The notes beneath the pieces are model-generated. The model was not told the origin of the DNA. It ran no database searches and saw nothing but the letters and a program-made list of their open reading frames with translations. This document shows, in pieces, positions 51,268 through 62,969 of a stretch of DNA of 64,000 nucleotides. The stretch comes from Strigamia acuminata. Lineage: Eukaryota. The translations under genes were made by a program, and so were the position numbers. How positions within the stretch are numbered: the first letter of the stretch is position 1; every line of letters begins with the position of its first letter. Location: NCBI GenBank assembly GCA_949358305.1, contig OX442314.1, positions 31,682,001 to 31,746,000 of the forward strand, written 5' to 3'.

Positions 51268-53465
51268 TGACACAATGTGACCAAAAGCAGGACCGCAGCT
51301 TGCAAGGTGAACAAGTGGAATTAAGTCACGACCAATGAGGAGACAGGAGATTAGGCTCAAGTAGCCATTCTTGGGAGAGGGATTAGTGATGTCACTTCCC
51401 CCCCCTGGTTTCCCATTGGTAGAAAATTAAAATAATTTATAGAATCAATTTCCCAGAGTTCCAAGAAAATGTCGAAATTTGAAATTCCAATCATTCTCGA
51501 AAATTCCGAGATTTCCACATGTTTTTCTATTGTCTTTCCAGTCGCCATGTTTGATTTTTAAAATAAAAACAAAATTTCGACCGTTTTAATGTTCCAATTC
51601 CTACATTTCTGCAGAAAAAACAACACTTTTTGAAAAAACAATAGTGATTTTTCGGTTTGGAACTAGAAGTTCTGAACCAGATCAAAATGGTCTGATTCCA
51701 CAAAAACATGACTTTTGTGCTTTTCTAAAAAAGCACGAAATCATGTCTGTAGAACTTCGAAATTTTCAAACCAGTTAATTTTATCATTGTTAGCAACAAA
51801 TAACAAAATCAAACCGCGCTAGCGCGCAGACAAACCGATTCTTGATGCCTCGCAAGAAGAAACAGAGGAAGAAAGATAAGAAAATAAAAATAAAAAATTA
51901 CAAAATACTGGGTGTTTTTTAATCTAAAAGACACCCAAAAAGTTCCAATTTTTAGCAGAAGGTTTTTGCAGATATTTACACTACGGGGATATTGTTGCAA
52001 TCTCTTCTTCTGCCCCAAGAGACCAACAAACGCGCCCGCTCACCCCTTTCGGAGACTCATTCCAGTCTGCACGAGGCTGCCTTTCGACAGAAACGTGCCT
52101 ACACTGAGATGTCTGTTCATCCCAATGAAATGGTGTTTTTTGTGGAACAGTCAGTTGCACTTAAAGTAAGAAGGAAATGCATCTTCTGTCCCTAGTCGCC
52201 TTGGGTCCCACCCTTCAGCCGCCATTGTGAAGCCATATCGCCCTCCATTTGACGCTGTATACAACCCGGCATTTGAGGTGATTATTACCGCTGTCAGGTG
52301 TGGAGTCCCAAGAAAACCATGAAAATCATAGATAGGGAAGTTTAGAGAAAAAGTAAAAAATGAAAAAGATGTAAAAACAACTAATTTCCAAATTACAGAG
52401 ATTGCTCCAGACTGTGGTTTGAGCACAGTCCTTTAACAAACTGCAGTAGCCCAGAAATCAAGCAAGAGTGAATAAAATTCAGAAACAAAAGTTACAGGCT
52501 AGATTCCCAATCTTTTTTCAAAGTTGGTAGCTACCTGAACGCACAGATATCGTTCCTACGCCCTAACGAACTCTCTGTGCCATTTGAGCACTTCACCATC
52601 GGTATCCCCGTACCTCCGGCAGCTCTCCCTGCTGTCCGTGTCCCAATTTCAGCAACTCTTGGGTTAAATACGTTAACTTGCAGTTGCCTACCAACCAGTA
52701 CACGGGACAGGGTAGGATTATGACCGATGTGAACCCGGATGAGCGCCTTGAGCAGCCACAACGCAACCCATAAATTATGAGTCGCAACAAAAAACAAGGC
52801 AGTCTTCCCATGTGTGCGGACACTTCGCTGCCACTCGGGTCCAACTACACGCCAACTCACCGCACGTGACTGTTCCCGCGCCAGCGACCACTAAGCTAGC
52901 AACCTGCATCCAAGCGACTAAACGTCCTACAAGAAATTTGATGTCACTCAAAGCTCAGTTCAACATCGCCTCCTCGCCCGGCCCATAATGGAACCAGTGA
53001 TTGCAGCGTGGCACCTGGAATATGACCGCTTCTCCCCCGTGGGATTTGGTTTGCTGGTGGCCACCAGCGCGCCTCCTCCACGAATCGAGTTTGAATACGC
53101 TGCAGACTGTTCCATTACTTTTACTTGGGCTGCGCACCAAGAAATAGAAATAATAAAGAAGGTTTGGAATTATATTCCCCTCCCAACCACTCAGTTTTTT
53201 AGGCTAAGCTAGAAAGGAATAGAAGACCGTTGGAAAGTGTGGCTAGTGTAAGTCCCGGCTTGCCAGTACCCAGGCAAGCTGGACATGCAAAGCCACCAAT
53301 TTTTGTCTGATCAGGGTCCAATGGTCAGCGATTAGCGGCCGTTTCGCCTGCTGACCCCCTATCACAATCATGACCAAGGAAATTTCCCCCTCTAGTTGAA
53401 AGAAAAAATTCATTTAATATTGTGCTTCACACAATCAGTAAATTAGAATAGTATTCGCAAGAGAA
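51268..53465 (-). ncRNA. long structured 5' leader RNA
   Basis: As for 3774-5967. Confidence 0.75.
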
Positions 53466-53489
53466 TTCAAAATCCTGGACGGGCCCACA
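53466..53489 (-). promoter_or_regulatory. tRNA-Pro-type PBS
   Basis: Same sequence as in copy A. Confidence 0.8.
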
Positions 53490-53491
53490 AT

Positions 53492-54114
53492 TGTGAGTGT
53501 TCGGACGGACGCCACGTGGTCGGGGGAGAGCCACGGAGGCGCTGGACGCAACACACACGATAAAACAAACCACGAAATACACGGAGACACAATATAGTTT
53601 TAGTTATGGCTTTATTGGATGTCTAGGGGTATGATTGTAGTGTCCCATAGTGTATTTCCCAAGGCGGCGGTTCCTTCGAACCGTCCCTAATCAGACCGCG
53701 TGGCACGGCGGCCATCGGCCGCCATGACACACGAGGTCGGTAATCGGTTTTGGGCCACGCCGCCGAAGTTACGGTTAACGTCCGGCGGACGTGGCGCAAC
53801 TGGACGCTCAGGTCCCGGCGGGCGATATCATCGCCACGCCGATAGTTTGGGTTATCTCAATAGCCAGTTTCGGAGGCGGTCGCAACACGACCGTTCGCCT
53901 TGCTGGTTGATCAACAACTCTCTTGTCCCTACGGGGACCAACCACTTCCGGAAGGGCGACTTCCGGGGCCCGATCCTGCTTGACCAAAGGCCCGCAGCTC
54001 CACCTGGTTGCGGGGGACCGCAACAGGCTGCGCGAGATACGAGAGGCGCTGGAGCTGCGCCAAGTGCATTGCCGTTGCAGTGCAGCGACCCGTGCGCAGG
54101 GGCAGCTGGTCACA
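53492..54114 (-). repeat. 5' LTR
   Basis: TG..CA termini, followed on minus by the PBS. Confidence 0.97.
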
Positions 54115-54401
54115 GTATTTTTAAAAGTTTATTTTTACTCACGGTTTTGCTTCGATCGCACTAGGCGCTTTCAATAACTTCTTGTCTATTTCCTGTATTG
54201 CAAAGTTCCTCATTTTGGATAACTCACGTCCAATATTGCTCTGATGCAGTTTGATGAGTGTAATTGATAGTTTCGCAAGCCCCACTTAAGGTTAGATTTG
54301 TATCATTAGCTGGTAACGCAATTTCAGAACACGACGGCAAGGTAATCCTGCTCAGAAAATTGTATGAAATAAAAATTAAAAAAAATTAAAAATGTAACTA
54401 C

Positions 54402-54574
54402 CGCTTTTCTGACAAAACATCTGTGATCTGGACCCCACCATTCATAGCAGTCTTTCCAAGGCACCTCGGCTGCAAAGGAGGCTGCAGTGTAAAACACCAT
54501 GTAGGCAATGAGGATACCGGTATTATAATAAATGCATGTAATGAGACACACAACTGACATTGCTATGCCAATTC
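54402..54574 (-). CDS. isolated exon of an SLC6 (Na+/Cl- neurotransmitter/amino-acid transporter) gene, TM3-EL2
   Basis: GIGIAM..CIYYN..IAY.VFY..ASF..EVPWKDC..WW; TTTTATAG acceptor and GTAG donor. Confidence 0.8.
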
Positions 54575-55031
54575 CTATAAAAATAGAAGCACTAAATTGT
54601 ATTCTTATTTGCATGTATTTTATCACAGAATAATTACACCATTGTTGATAATTCATTTGTAATTATAATAATAATTGCGAGCGATATGATGTGTGTGGCA
54701 ATGCGGGAAAGCCAACCGCACATATCGGATAAATTCACCAGCTAACCATTACACCTTTTAGAACCAACCTGGAATCAAATTCAGACCGAATTTCGACGAC
54801 ATCTTTTACGTCAGGAAATAAGAACGCTAACACTCTTATTTCCACACTGAACACAATGATATTATTTATTTATTTACGTCTCCATATTTGCACTTTATAT
54901 CTCACACTTGTTCACGCTTTTAACATTATTTTGTTAGCAATTGCTATCTCGAGCCGTCATCGTCACAACATAATCATTAGAATAAACTATTATTAATAAA
55001 ATTTTCTTTTTTTAAGTTTTTAAAATTGCTA

Positions 55032-57260
55032 GGCATTTTCCAAGCAAGCGACAGAAACGCCATCGGGTGTTTGCAACTGTTACTACATTATCTTAAATTA
55101 ATACTGTTTTTCTCTCCGCCTTATTCATTCTTGATAATAATCGTGGGATATTTTTATTAAGAAAACTAAAGTCTGCTTATCTCTTTTTAAATCATTCTGA
55201 ATTGTATACTTTCTGTCTCCGAAAAAGAGAAATACACTAATGATTTGTTCTACCTTCACCGGATATCGTGTTTTTCCGCCTGTGAACCCCGTACTTATCG
55301 TTCTCACAAAGGAAGGCGTCGGTCGGTCGGTCGGTTCGTGAGTGTGCTTCGCCGCTGCTAATCATGGTTTATTTCGGTAAATTTCTGTCCTCAGATGGGT
55401 AATTTTTCAACGTAATGTTCCAAAGTAAGTTTGTTTAGCATTGCGTCTGGTTTATTTCGCTACTTAATTCGAATTTCGCTACTTGTTTTTGTTAAACATT
55501 TTATTCCATCCGTGCGTCATATTTCAAGGGAGTGAGTGGTCATAATCAGTCAACTTATTAGTCAAAAGCAGGGAAAATGTTTGGAAATGTTACCATGAAA
55601 ATTCCTCACTCTGTATGGAGATTCTAATTTTTCGTCACTCTTGTATGTTTTCGTTTTTATGTATTTTTATTTATTATTAATTTTTATATATTTTCATCAT
55701 ACGTGCATTGATTGGTACGGACTTGCTGGCGATTGTTTTTCAAAATATATTTGATTGTGTGTGTAAATAGTAAATTAGGGGGTGTAAAATCCAACTCTCT
55801 ACCTCCACGTGGTCACCCCTGGAGAAACTGACGACTTGAACTAGTCTCAGTGGAACCAAAAGAGAGCTCTGGTCAAATCCAGCTGCATGCAATTTGTCCT
55901 GCTTTCAATTGAAAAAAAAAGATTTTGTGGTTGATATATTTTGTATTGTAAGCCCGCATACCTTGCAACTAACGTGGCATTTACATTCATTTGTATTGCG
56001 AGCCCACACCCTACAAGATTGTGGCATTTACATTTATTTGTATTGTAAGCCTGCAAATCCTACAAGATTGTGGCATTTACATTTATTTGTATTGTAAGCC
56101 TGCAATCCTACATGTGGCATTTACATGATTTTATACCGCATTTTATATCACATTTTGTTACATGAATGTGGCATCTACTTTATCCAATATTTGTTGTTGG
56201 TGGTTCTTGATTCAACTTTTGAGATTGATTGTTCCTGGATCTTGTTTTACATACACTACAACTGGTTTTCCTTCATATTTGTTAGTCGTTATTTGACCAT
56301 TTGTGTAAAATGATAATTTTTATATTTTACTATCTTGGCTCTCTGGTTTTGATTTGGTTTTACATTCACAGTGTCATTGAAAGGTTTATTACCTCCAAAT
56401 TTTCTTCAATTATTTTGGTCCACTAGTTTCTTTTCCATTACTCGTTTATTTTTCATGTTCGTGTTTGAATTACTTTTTTAAATTGAAAACTTCCTGTTTT
56501 ACTGAAAAAGAAAATACTAAATCATATCATCACATGGTGTTTCATCTGAAATTTGTTGATACTGCTTAGCAATTTTCTTTTGGGAATTAGCATTGGATTT
56601 TTGGTGAATATATTGTTTTTCCTGTAACCTAATTGTAATTTTGCAATGTGACAATTCCATCTCATTCACATAAATACTGGTGTTCATTGCCTGGACACAA
56701 GCAATTATAATCACATGAAAGAACTGTTTTTATGATACGTAGCTAAACCAAATGCGCTGAAATGACTTTCGTTTTTCACGAAATATTTTCATAGACATGT
56801 TGCTGGAAATTTTAGTTGAATTACCATCTTGTAATCAGTATTTCCTTATGGAAGCTAGACTGCAAAACCGTGAAAAATAATGACATAGTTTTTTAATAAA
56901 ACAATTTAAAGTGATCATATTGGGGTAAAGAAGGCAGCCAATGAGTTTTGATACAACAATCTGAGAGGAATTGTCGAAAGAAATTAGATATCTAATTGCT
57001 TCATTGGTTCGCATTAATATTTAATGTAAATTTTGAAAAATTAATGATTTAGCTCTTACAAATGCTCACAATTAATGTTTATTTGACACAAATTGCGCAA
57101 AATTAACCACGTAGCATTTTTAAACATCAAAATGCTTCAAAATGATGGAAACATTGTTTTATCACATACTGTTTATTGGCCATGGGTTCGTGGTTCAGAC
57201 TTGAAATATAATGATCTTTGGCTATTCAAAAACGAAGCAAAAACCTCATATTTTTGTGGG
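55032..57260. repeat. interspersed repeat family copy 3
   Basis: Homologous to the 9790 and 25651 copies. Confidence 0.82.
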
Positions 57261-57299
57261 ATTGGAATTGGATATCTGATTAGGATGTTTGAAGTTAAG

Positions 57300-59360
57300 A
57301 GAATGATTAGTCTTGAGGTTGTTCAATATGATGACCACTTGCGCGGAGGCACATCTCTGCACGTGCCTGGATGGACTTGTACACAGTTTCAATCGTGTGT
57401 TTTGTAATTCCTTTAAGGTCGTTGATGGTAATTGGCACTGTTTCATAAACTTTCTCCTTCACACATAACCCCAGGAGAAGAAGTCAAGCAGTGTCAAATC
57501 GGGGGATCTAGGTGGCCATGACACTGGTCCTTTTCTACTAATCTACTGATGTCTGAATGCAGCGTGTAACCGTGGCTAGATGTGAGAAGCTGGGTGGAGC
57601 CGCATCCTGTTAGTACCACATCTTAACTCTGTTGCGACTCCGGGTTTTTGACCTGTAAATACTTACCTTTACCTGGTCGATCTGCAATTGAGCTGCCGTT
57701 TATAGGACTTAAACTCTGATGCCTGTAAAATAGTGTCTAGGGGTAATTTTAATGAAATGAAAACTGCCGTTTGAATTGAAATAAAAATACAAATAACTTT
57801 ATTCTTGGAATTACAAGTGATTAAAATGAATAGAATAATAATTTGACTAGTAATTTACGAGAAGAAAGAAGACAGAAATGAAATATAACGAGAGCGACAA
57901 TGCTCTCGATGAACAAAGGAAATATTTTGGGCGCGTAACAAACGGAGTTTGTCACGTACACCAAAATGGCGAGGCGAACTCGTCGATACAAATTTCGCCG
58001 CTCGTTCGATGGTTTCAACTGTAGACTCCGGAGGAAAGCTCACGGTGGTCCACAGTCTCTACGATGGTTCACGGGCAAACGTTGGTGCTGTGTCAGCAAC
58101 GATGAGTCTCGGAACAAGTGGGACGAGACTCACAATAACCGACAGTGAGCGGTTTTCTCGGGCGTTACCGGAGATTCGTGTAAGTGCGGGTAACCGACGA
58201 TGGCGGTTACACGCAAAGCGCAAATGAGGCTGGTTCCACCGATAATACAGTGGAAACAGCAAAGATGAATCTCAACTCACCAAACTAACACGATCAATAC
58301 TTGAAGTTACGGGTTTTGGTCCTTTTCAAAGCAGTGAAGTTGTGTTCTTGTTGGTGATGTGGTCGAGAGTGAGTGTGCCGCCAAAATTTGGGGCTTTTAT
58401 GCACTCTCTGGTCCGGCGCACAAAACGTGCGCAGAGTGGTGATTTTGGTGCAATACAGGATGTATCACATCATTATCATTACTCTGATGTAATGTTTTGC
58501 CCCAAAAGAGGGGAAAGTGTGCCTCGGGGATTTCCGCTCCCAAGTCACACTTTTGGCGTGTGCCAAGTTAAACAATTAAATAAATAATTATTTAAGTGGT
58601 GATGATGATTTTAGGCGGTATAAAATCAGGGTTACCACAACTCTTCTGGCCAATGGCAAATTGTCAACAAACTATTCAAGGGTATTTGTTAGAATTAATT
58701 CGGTGTATCGTTGTTCATTCAGCTTATCATCGTAGAACACAGGACCAATTATTTGCCCATTGTAAATCCCACACCAGACATTAAAGCACCAATTCACTTG
58801 GTGGGCTACTTCAGGTATCCATCGGAGATTTTCTGTGACCCAATAATGGATATTGTGACGGTTTACTGTTGCATTGCGAGCAAATTGGGCCTCATCCGAC
58901 CACATTACTTGCCTGGGAAAGTTTTCATCGTCGTCTATCTTATTAACAAATTACAATACTCTACTCGACCATTGAAATCTCTATCGCGTAGTTCCTGATG
59001 GCAGTGAACATGGAATGGATGGAAGGTGATTGGTGTGTAGCACATTTAGAACAGAGTCTTGGGAACAACTGACATCAGCTGTGATGGCTCTGCTACTAAC
59101 ATGAGGATTTGCTGGCAGAATTGTTCTTGTTGAATCCTCATTTAACACAATCCTCGGTCGACCTTGACGAGGACGTGGCATTATAACTTACTTCCTGTTT
59201 CACGGAACCTTTGAATAATGTTTCTCACTGTGTTTGGGGAGGGATGTTGCCGATTTGGAAACCTCTCTCTGTACAGTCTACCTGCAGCTGCACAATGTTC
59301 CAGAGTGGCGCCATAGCAGAATTCCATATCAACCAACTCTTGTGCCGGGTATTCTGCCAT
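57300..59360 (-). mobile_element. Tc1/mariner-like transposase (DUF4817-type HTH plus DDE), degraded and split by a solo LTR
   Basis: MAEY..ELVDM..YG..LYRERFPNRQHP; WSDEAQF; NVWCGI; WPPRSPDLT.LDFF.WGYVK. Confidence 0.88.
57630..58639 (-). mobile_element. solo LTR (1010 bp) with ACTC target-site duplication
   Basis: TGTTG...CCACA termini; ACTC at 57626-57629 and 58640-58643. Confidence 0.88.
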
Positions 59361-59559
59361 CTTGGAAGTTGAAAGGTTTCTAATTTCTATGGTACTTGAA
59401 GTTGGAACCTCTGTACTGAAAGCAAGGAACTTCTTAAGTCAGCTAAACTGATTTTCTCAAACTGATAACTCAAACTACAATAGTTAAACAATACACTCAA
59501 AGACACTCCATTCATTTGGCTCATCCTAGGCGGTTTTCAGGGTCTAAACTGTGGAACTA

Positions 59560-59950
59560 TCGATCATCCACCTATCAATGATTTTCATCTTTCTCTGCTT
59601 CGATAGGTCCGGATGGATTATATAAAACTAATGCTACATTAGGCCGCGATTGATCCAGGATGTATATTATCCAATGGCTCTGCACCGGGACTGGGAAAAC
59701 CTATTTTTCTATCGAGGGGTTGGTATATCTCCTGAGCGTCTCAACCTATCCTAGGAGCCTAGCCTATTCCTAGATTATAGTAGCTGGAGTATTCACTCAT
59801 GATAATCTCCAAATAGTAATCTATGATTGAGTTATGGAGCCAAGACGCCACTCCAGGATTTAGCGTTGTCAAAGCCGACATCTCAAAAGCACAAAGCTGG
59901 ATAAACGGTCGTTTAGATGACTGAAAACAAACGTTATCCGGTGGCATCAG
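59560..59950 (-). pseudogene. Ulp1-like protease fragment
   Basis: SWLHNSIIDYYL; SHWIIYILD..LYNPSGP. Confidence 0.7.
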
Positions 59951-60039
59951 CTTGTAAGCTGATATGGATTCATAAGCCTCCACTTGAAGAAAAACCATTT
60001 TCTTTTTACGTTCTTGACACAAGTTTGCGAAAATAATGT

Positions 60040-60440
60040 CGCCTGTATACATGACAATACCATAGAACCTGCAATAGACTTGATATGACGATTAGTGTAA
60101 CAGTTATTGAATTGGGAAAAAGAAATAACATAAAATAAGATGTCCAGGCGTGTACGGAACACTAAAAACAGAAGTGATCCCACGAGAAAATGAAAGGGAA
60201 ACGACGAGAGGTTGTCTGTCGGGCCTTTGATTAATGTGGTGCCTGGTGAAACTGGAACCTTAATAATAGTATTTTTTATTGCGTTGAATTTCTGTGACAA
60301 CTTCGTAATAAATGGTATCTGCGATACAAATGTCCTGCCGCCTTGTCGAATAAATTTGACCTCCAGCAATTTAGTTATCGGACCGAGGTTGACAATCTCA
60401 AATTTCCAATTGCAGAACAGAACAATGTCATCCGTTGTTG
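60040..60440 (-). pseudogene. Ty1/Copia reverse transcriptase fragment
   Basis: FEIVNLG..SQ..LVGSLLFL..TRLDI. Confidence 0.85.
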
Positions 60441-62008
60441 TGACCTCGAATGTTACCACAACAATGTTTGGTCGCAACGGTTGCCACGACGGTTCTTATC
60501 AAATAACTTTCTCTCTCTCTAATGAATGCCAAAAGGGAAGAAATATTGATATAAATATTAACATTCCTTTCCAAACTAATCTTGTTAATAAAATACACTT
60601 TGTTTACTTTAAATCCAGGAAACTAATTTATTCGTGGGTAATCGGGTTAATAATACAAATAATGTTTCTAACTTATATAATACTAGTGAAATAATACGGA
60701 TTGTTAGGTTAGTAAATATGGAAATAATGAACAATGCAATCTTGCGACGTGGCTGGCTTGGCAACGTCGTACGTCTCCTTTTGTTGCAAACGGCAACCAA
60801 AACGACTCGCAAATGGCGAGAATAGAGTCGAAATATTCGGAGAAAACGTGTTTTCGCACTGTATTCGACCTTACTCACGTCTCTGCTAACTCCTCCTCGA
60901 CGGCTGGCTGTTTGGGTAATTTCTCGGGCTTAAGAAATTCCGTGATGGCTGGTCGTCGTGGTCCGTCTCGGGCGGCGTCTCGCAATTCGGGTCCCGTAAC
61001 GGTTCCGTAGGCTGCGGCGATGTCGTCCGTCTCTCGTATGTCTTCACACAGCAGATTCAACTCAGAGTGCCCGTGTAACACGGTATACTAAGAGCCAAAA
61101 CCCTTCTTGATTAAACGCTCAAGGAGGCGCCCGCTTGTTAAGTACAAGGCTAAAACTTCCAAATTGATACAATCAATTTGGCTCCAAAACTCCACTAAAA
61201 TCTCAACTCAAGCTGGCTGCTTGAGCAAGACAAATCTAGCTAAAGTATTCTCAATAGCAAGATGAAACCTAGCTGCTTTAACCTTACAGCAAGGGGAATC
61301 CAAATTCCTTGGCAAAATATCACAAATCAAATAATTACTGGTTTTGGTTGAACTGGAGCAATACTTGACATGTTGTGACTGGTTTGAAAGGGAGACTTGA
61401 ACTGAAGTTGTGGGAGCAATTTTCCCACAATCCTTGGTTTAAATTGCACCACAACTCCTTATAAGAAATTAGATTGCTTCACCACTCCTTATAGGTAGGC
61501 AGGATGCCCATCCTGTGCAACATCCTGGGCTGGTTGTCATGACAATCTAGGCAGCTGGCTCCAAGTGACTCAAGGTGGTGCAATAAGATTTTCCAAATAA
61601 AGAGAGTATTTTTTATAATGAAATAAAACATGATATTATTTATTCTTTTTTAAGTACAATGAAATATAAAACATGATGATTTTCTCTTGATATTTTCTCA
61701 ATTTTCGGCCAATATATATTAATGAAAAACACGATGATCACTCCAATATTTCGCAATTTCAGTCCTTTAAATATTCTTAAATACTTACAAAACACGATAC
61801 ACAGCACACAAAACATGACTAAAAACTCCCTAGTGACCATCAGGCCACTACACCGTGTAAACAATCATCACAGCTGACGACTCGTCGAAATAGTCGCAGT
61901 TGCAGGCAGCAAAAAAAGAGGTTGCTGCAGGCTCATCGCCATGCTACTGAGCGTCACAGTGGTAAATGGTGAGGAGAGCAGAGTCAGCACCACTCACCTT
62001 CCCTATAC

Positions 62009-62717
62009 TGGGTCAGGCAAAGGGGGATGACTTTAGAACCACTGGGCGGTGTATGGAGTGACACAGGTCACCATGGGTGGTCAAGCGATCACAAGGTTCT
62101 CGAATCAAAGTCATTAGTCTTTATATGCATGTCACTGATATGCGTCCCAATTGTGACTGATATGGTCTTTGCCAGGGCAATTAGGGGACTAATTACACTG
62201 GCGTGGGACGCATACACACGTAAAATAACTAAGACTCCCTAATATTGGTTGGTTGTCTAGGGGTATGGGGAATCCCGTTACCTGTTGCGGGGGTGCCACA
62301 CCGGCAACCGACCCGTCACACACTGGGCGTGAGCCCAATGGGTGAGGTGGTCGGTTCGACTAAACATTCGTGTCGTACCTACCTACGACCCGCGTATCCG
62401 CTCATGGAGGCTGCGCTATGGAATCCGCCATAGCACTGAGTATCAACGTGGTGAATGGTGAGGAGTACAGACTCCAACCGGGCACACGTCTTGTCCCTCA
62501 GATGAATACCTTCTCCTCTCGGGGAGCTACTCCAGACACGTCCTGCTCAGTCCGTGTCCAGCACAACTCTCTCTCTTTCTCACACTCCTTTCCTTACCAC
62601 ACCATTCCACTCCCTCCTCCCCGTGCTAGGTCAATCACCCACAGAGGGGTTGACCTTTGGGGCCGTATGGCGGTGTGTGGCAGTGCCGCAGGTCACACGG
62701 GTGGCCTGACGGTCACA
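62009..62717 (-). mobile_element. probable LTR of a related Gypsy family; left boundary uncertain
   Basis: Ends GGTCACA; ggacgcatacacacg and GTCTAGGGGTATG resemble the main LTR; possible ATAC TSD. Confidence 0.55.
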
Positions 62718-62969
62718 ATACTTTAAATCACTCTGCAATTTCCACAAATGTCATATCACTTATATTACATTTCTGAATCGGAAACTATATTTATATAATT
62801 TAAAATAAATTAAAACAAACACTTTTCAATAATAATAACACTTTTTGTATATTGTTTCACTGATATTAATTTTTTTTCCAAGCAGTCCTTTTCTATAAAA
62901 CACACAGAAAAAAAATCAAATATTGAAAGTCCGTGTTAATCTTTCACGCACAAACAAATTAAAGTTTAC

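Larger units (their letters stand above)
43323..54114 (-). mobile_element. full-length Ty3/Gypsy LTR retrotransposon, 10.8 kb, GTAT target-site duplication
   Basis: Two 623-bp LTRs; GTAT at 43319-43322 and 54115-54118; PBS, PPT, gag, PR-RT-RH-IN order, ORF3. Confidence 0.98.
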
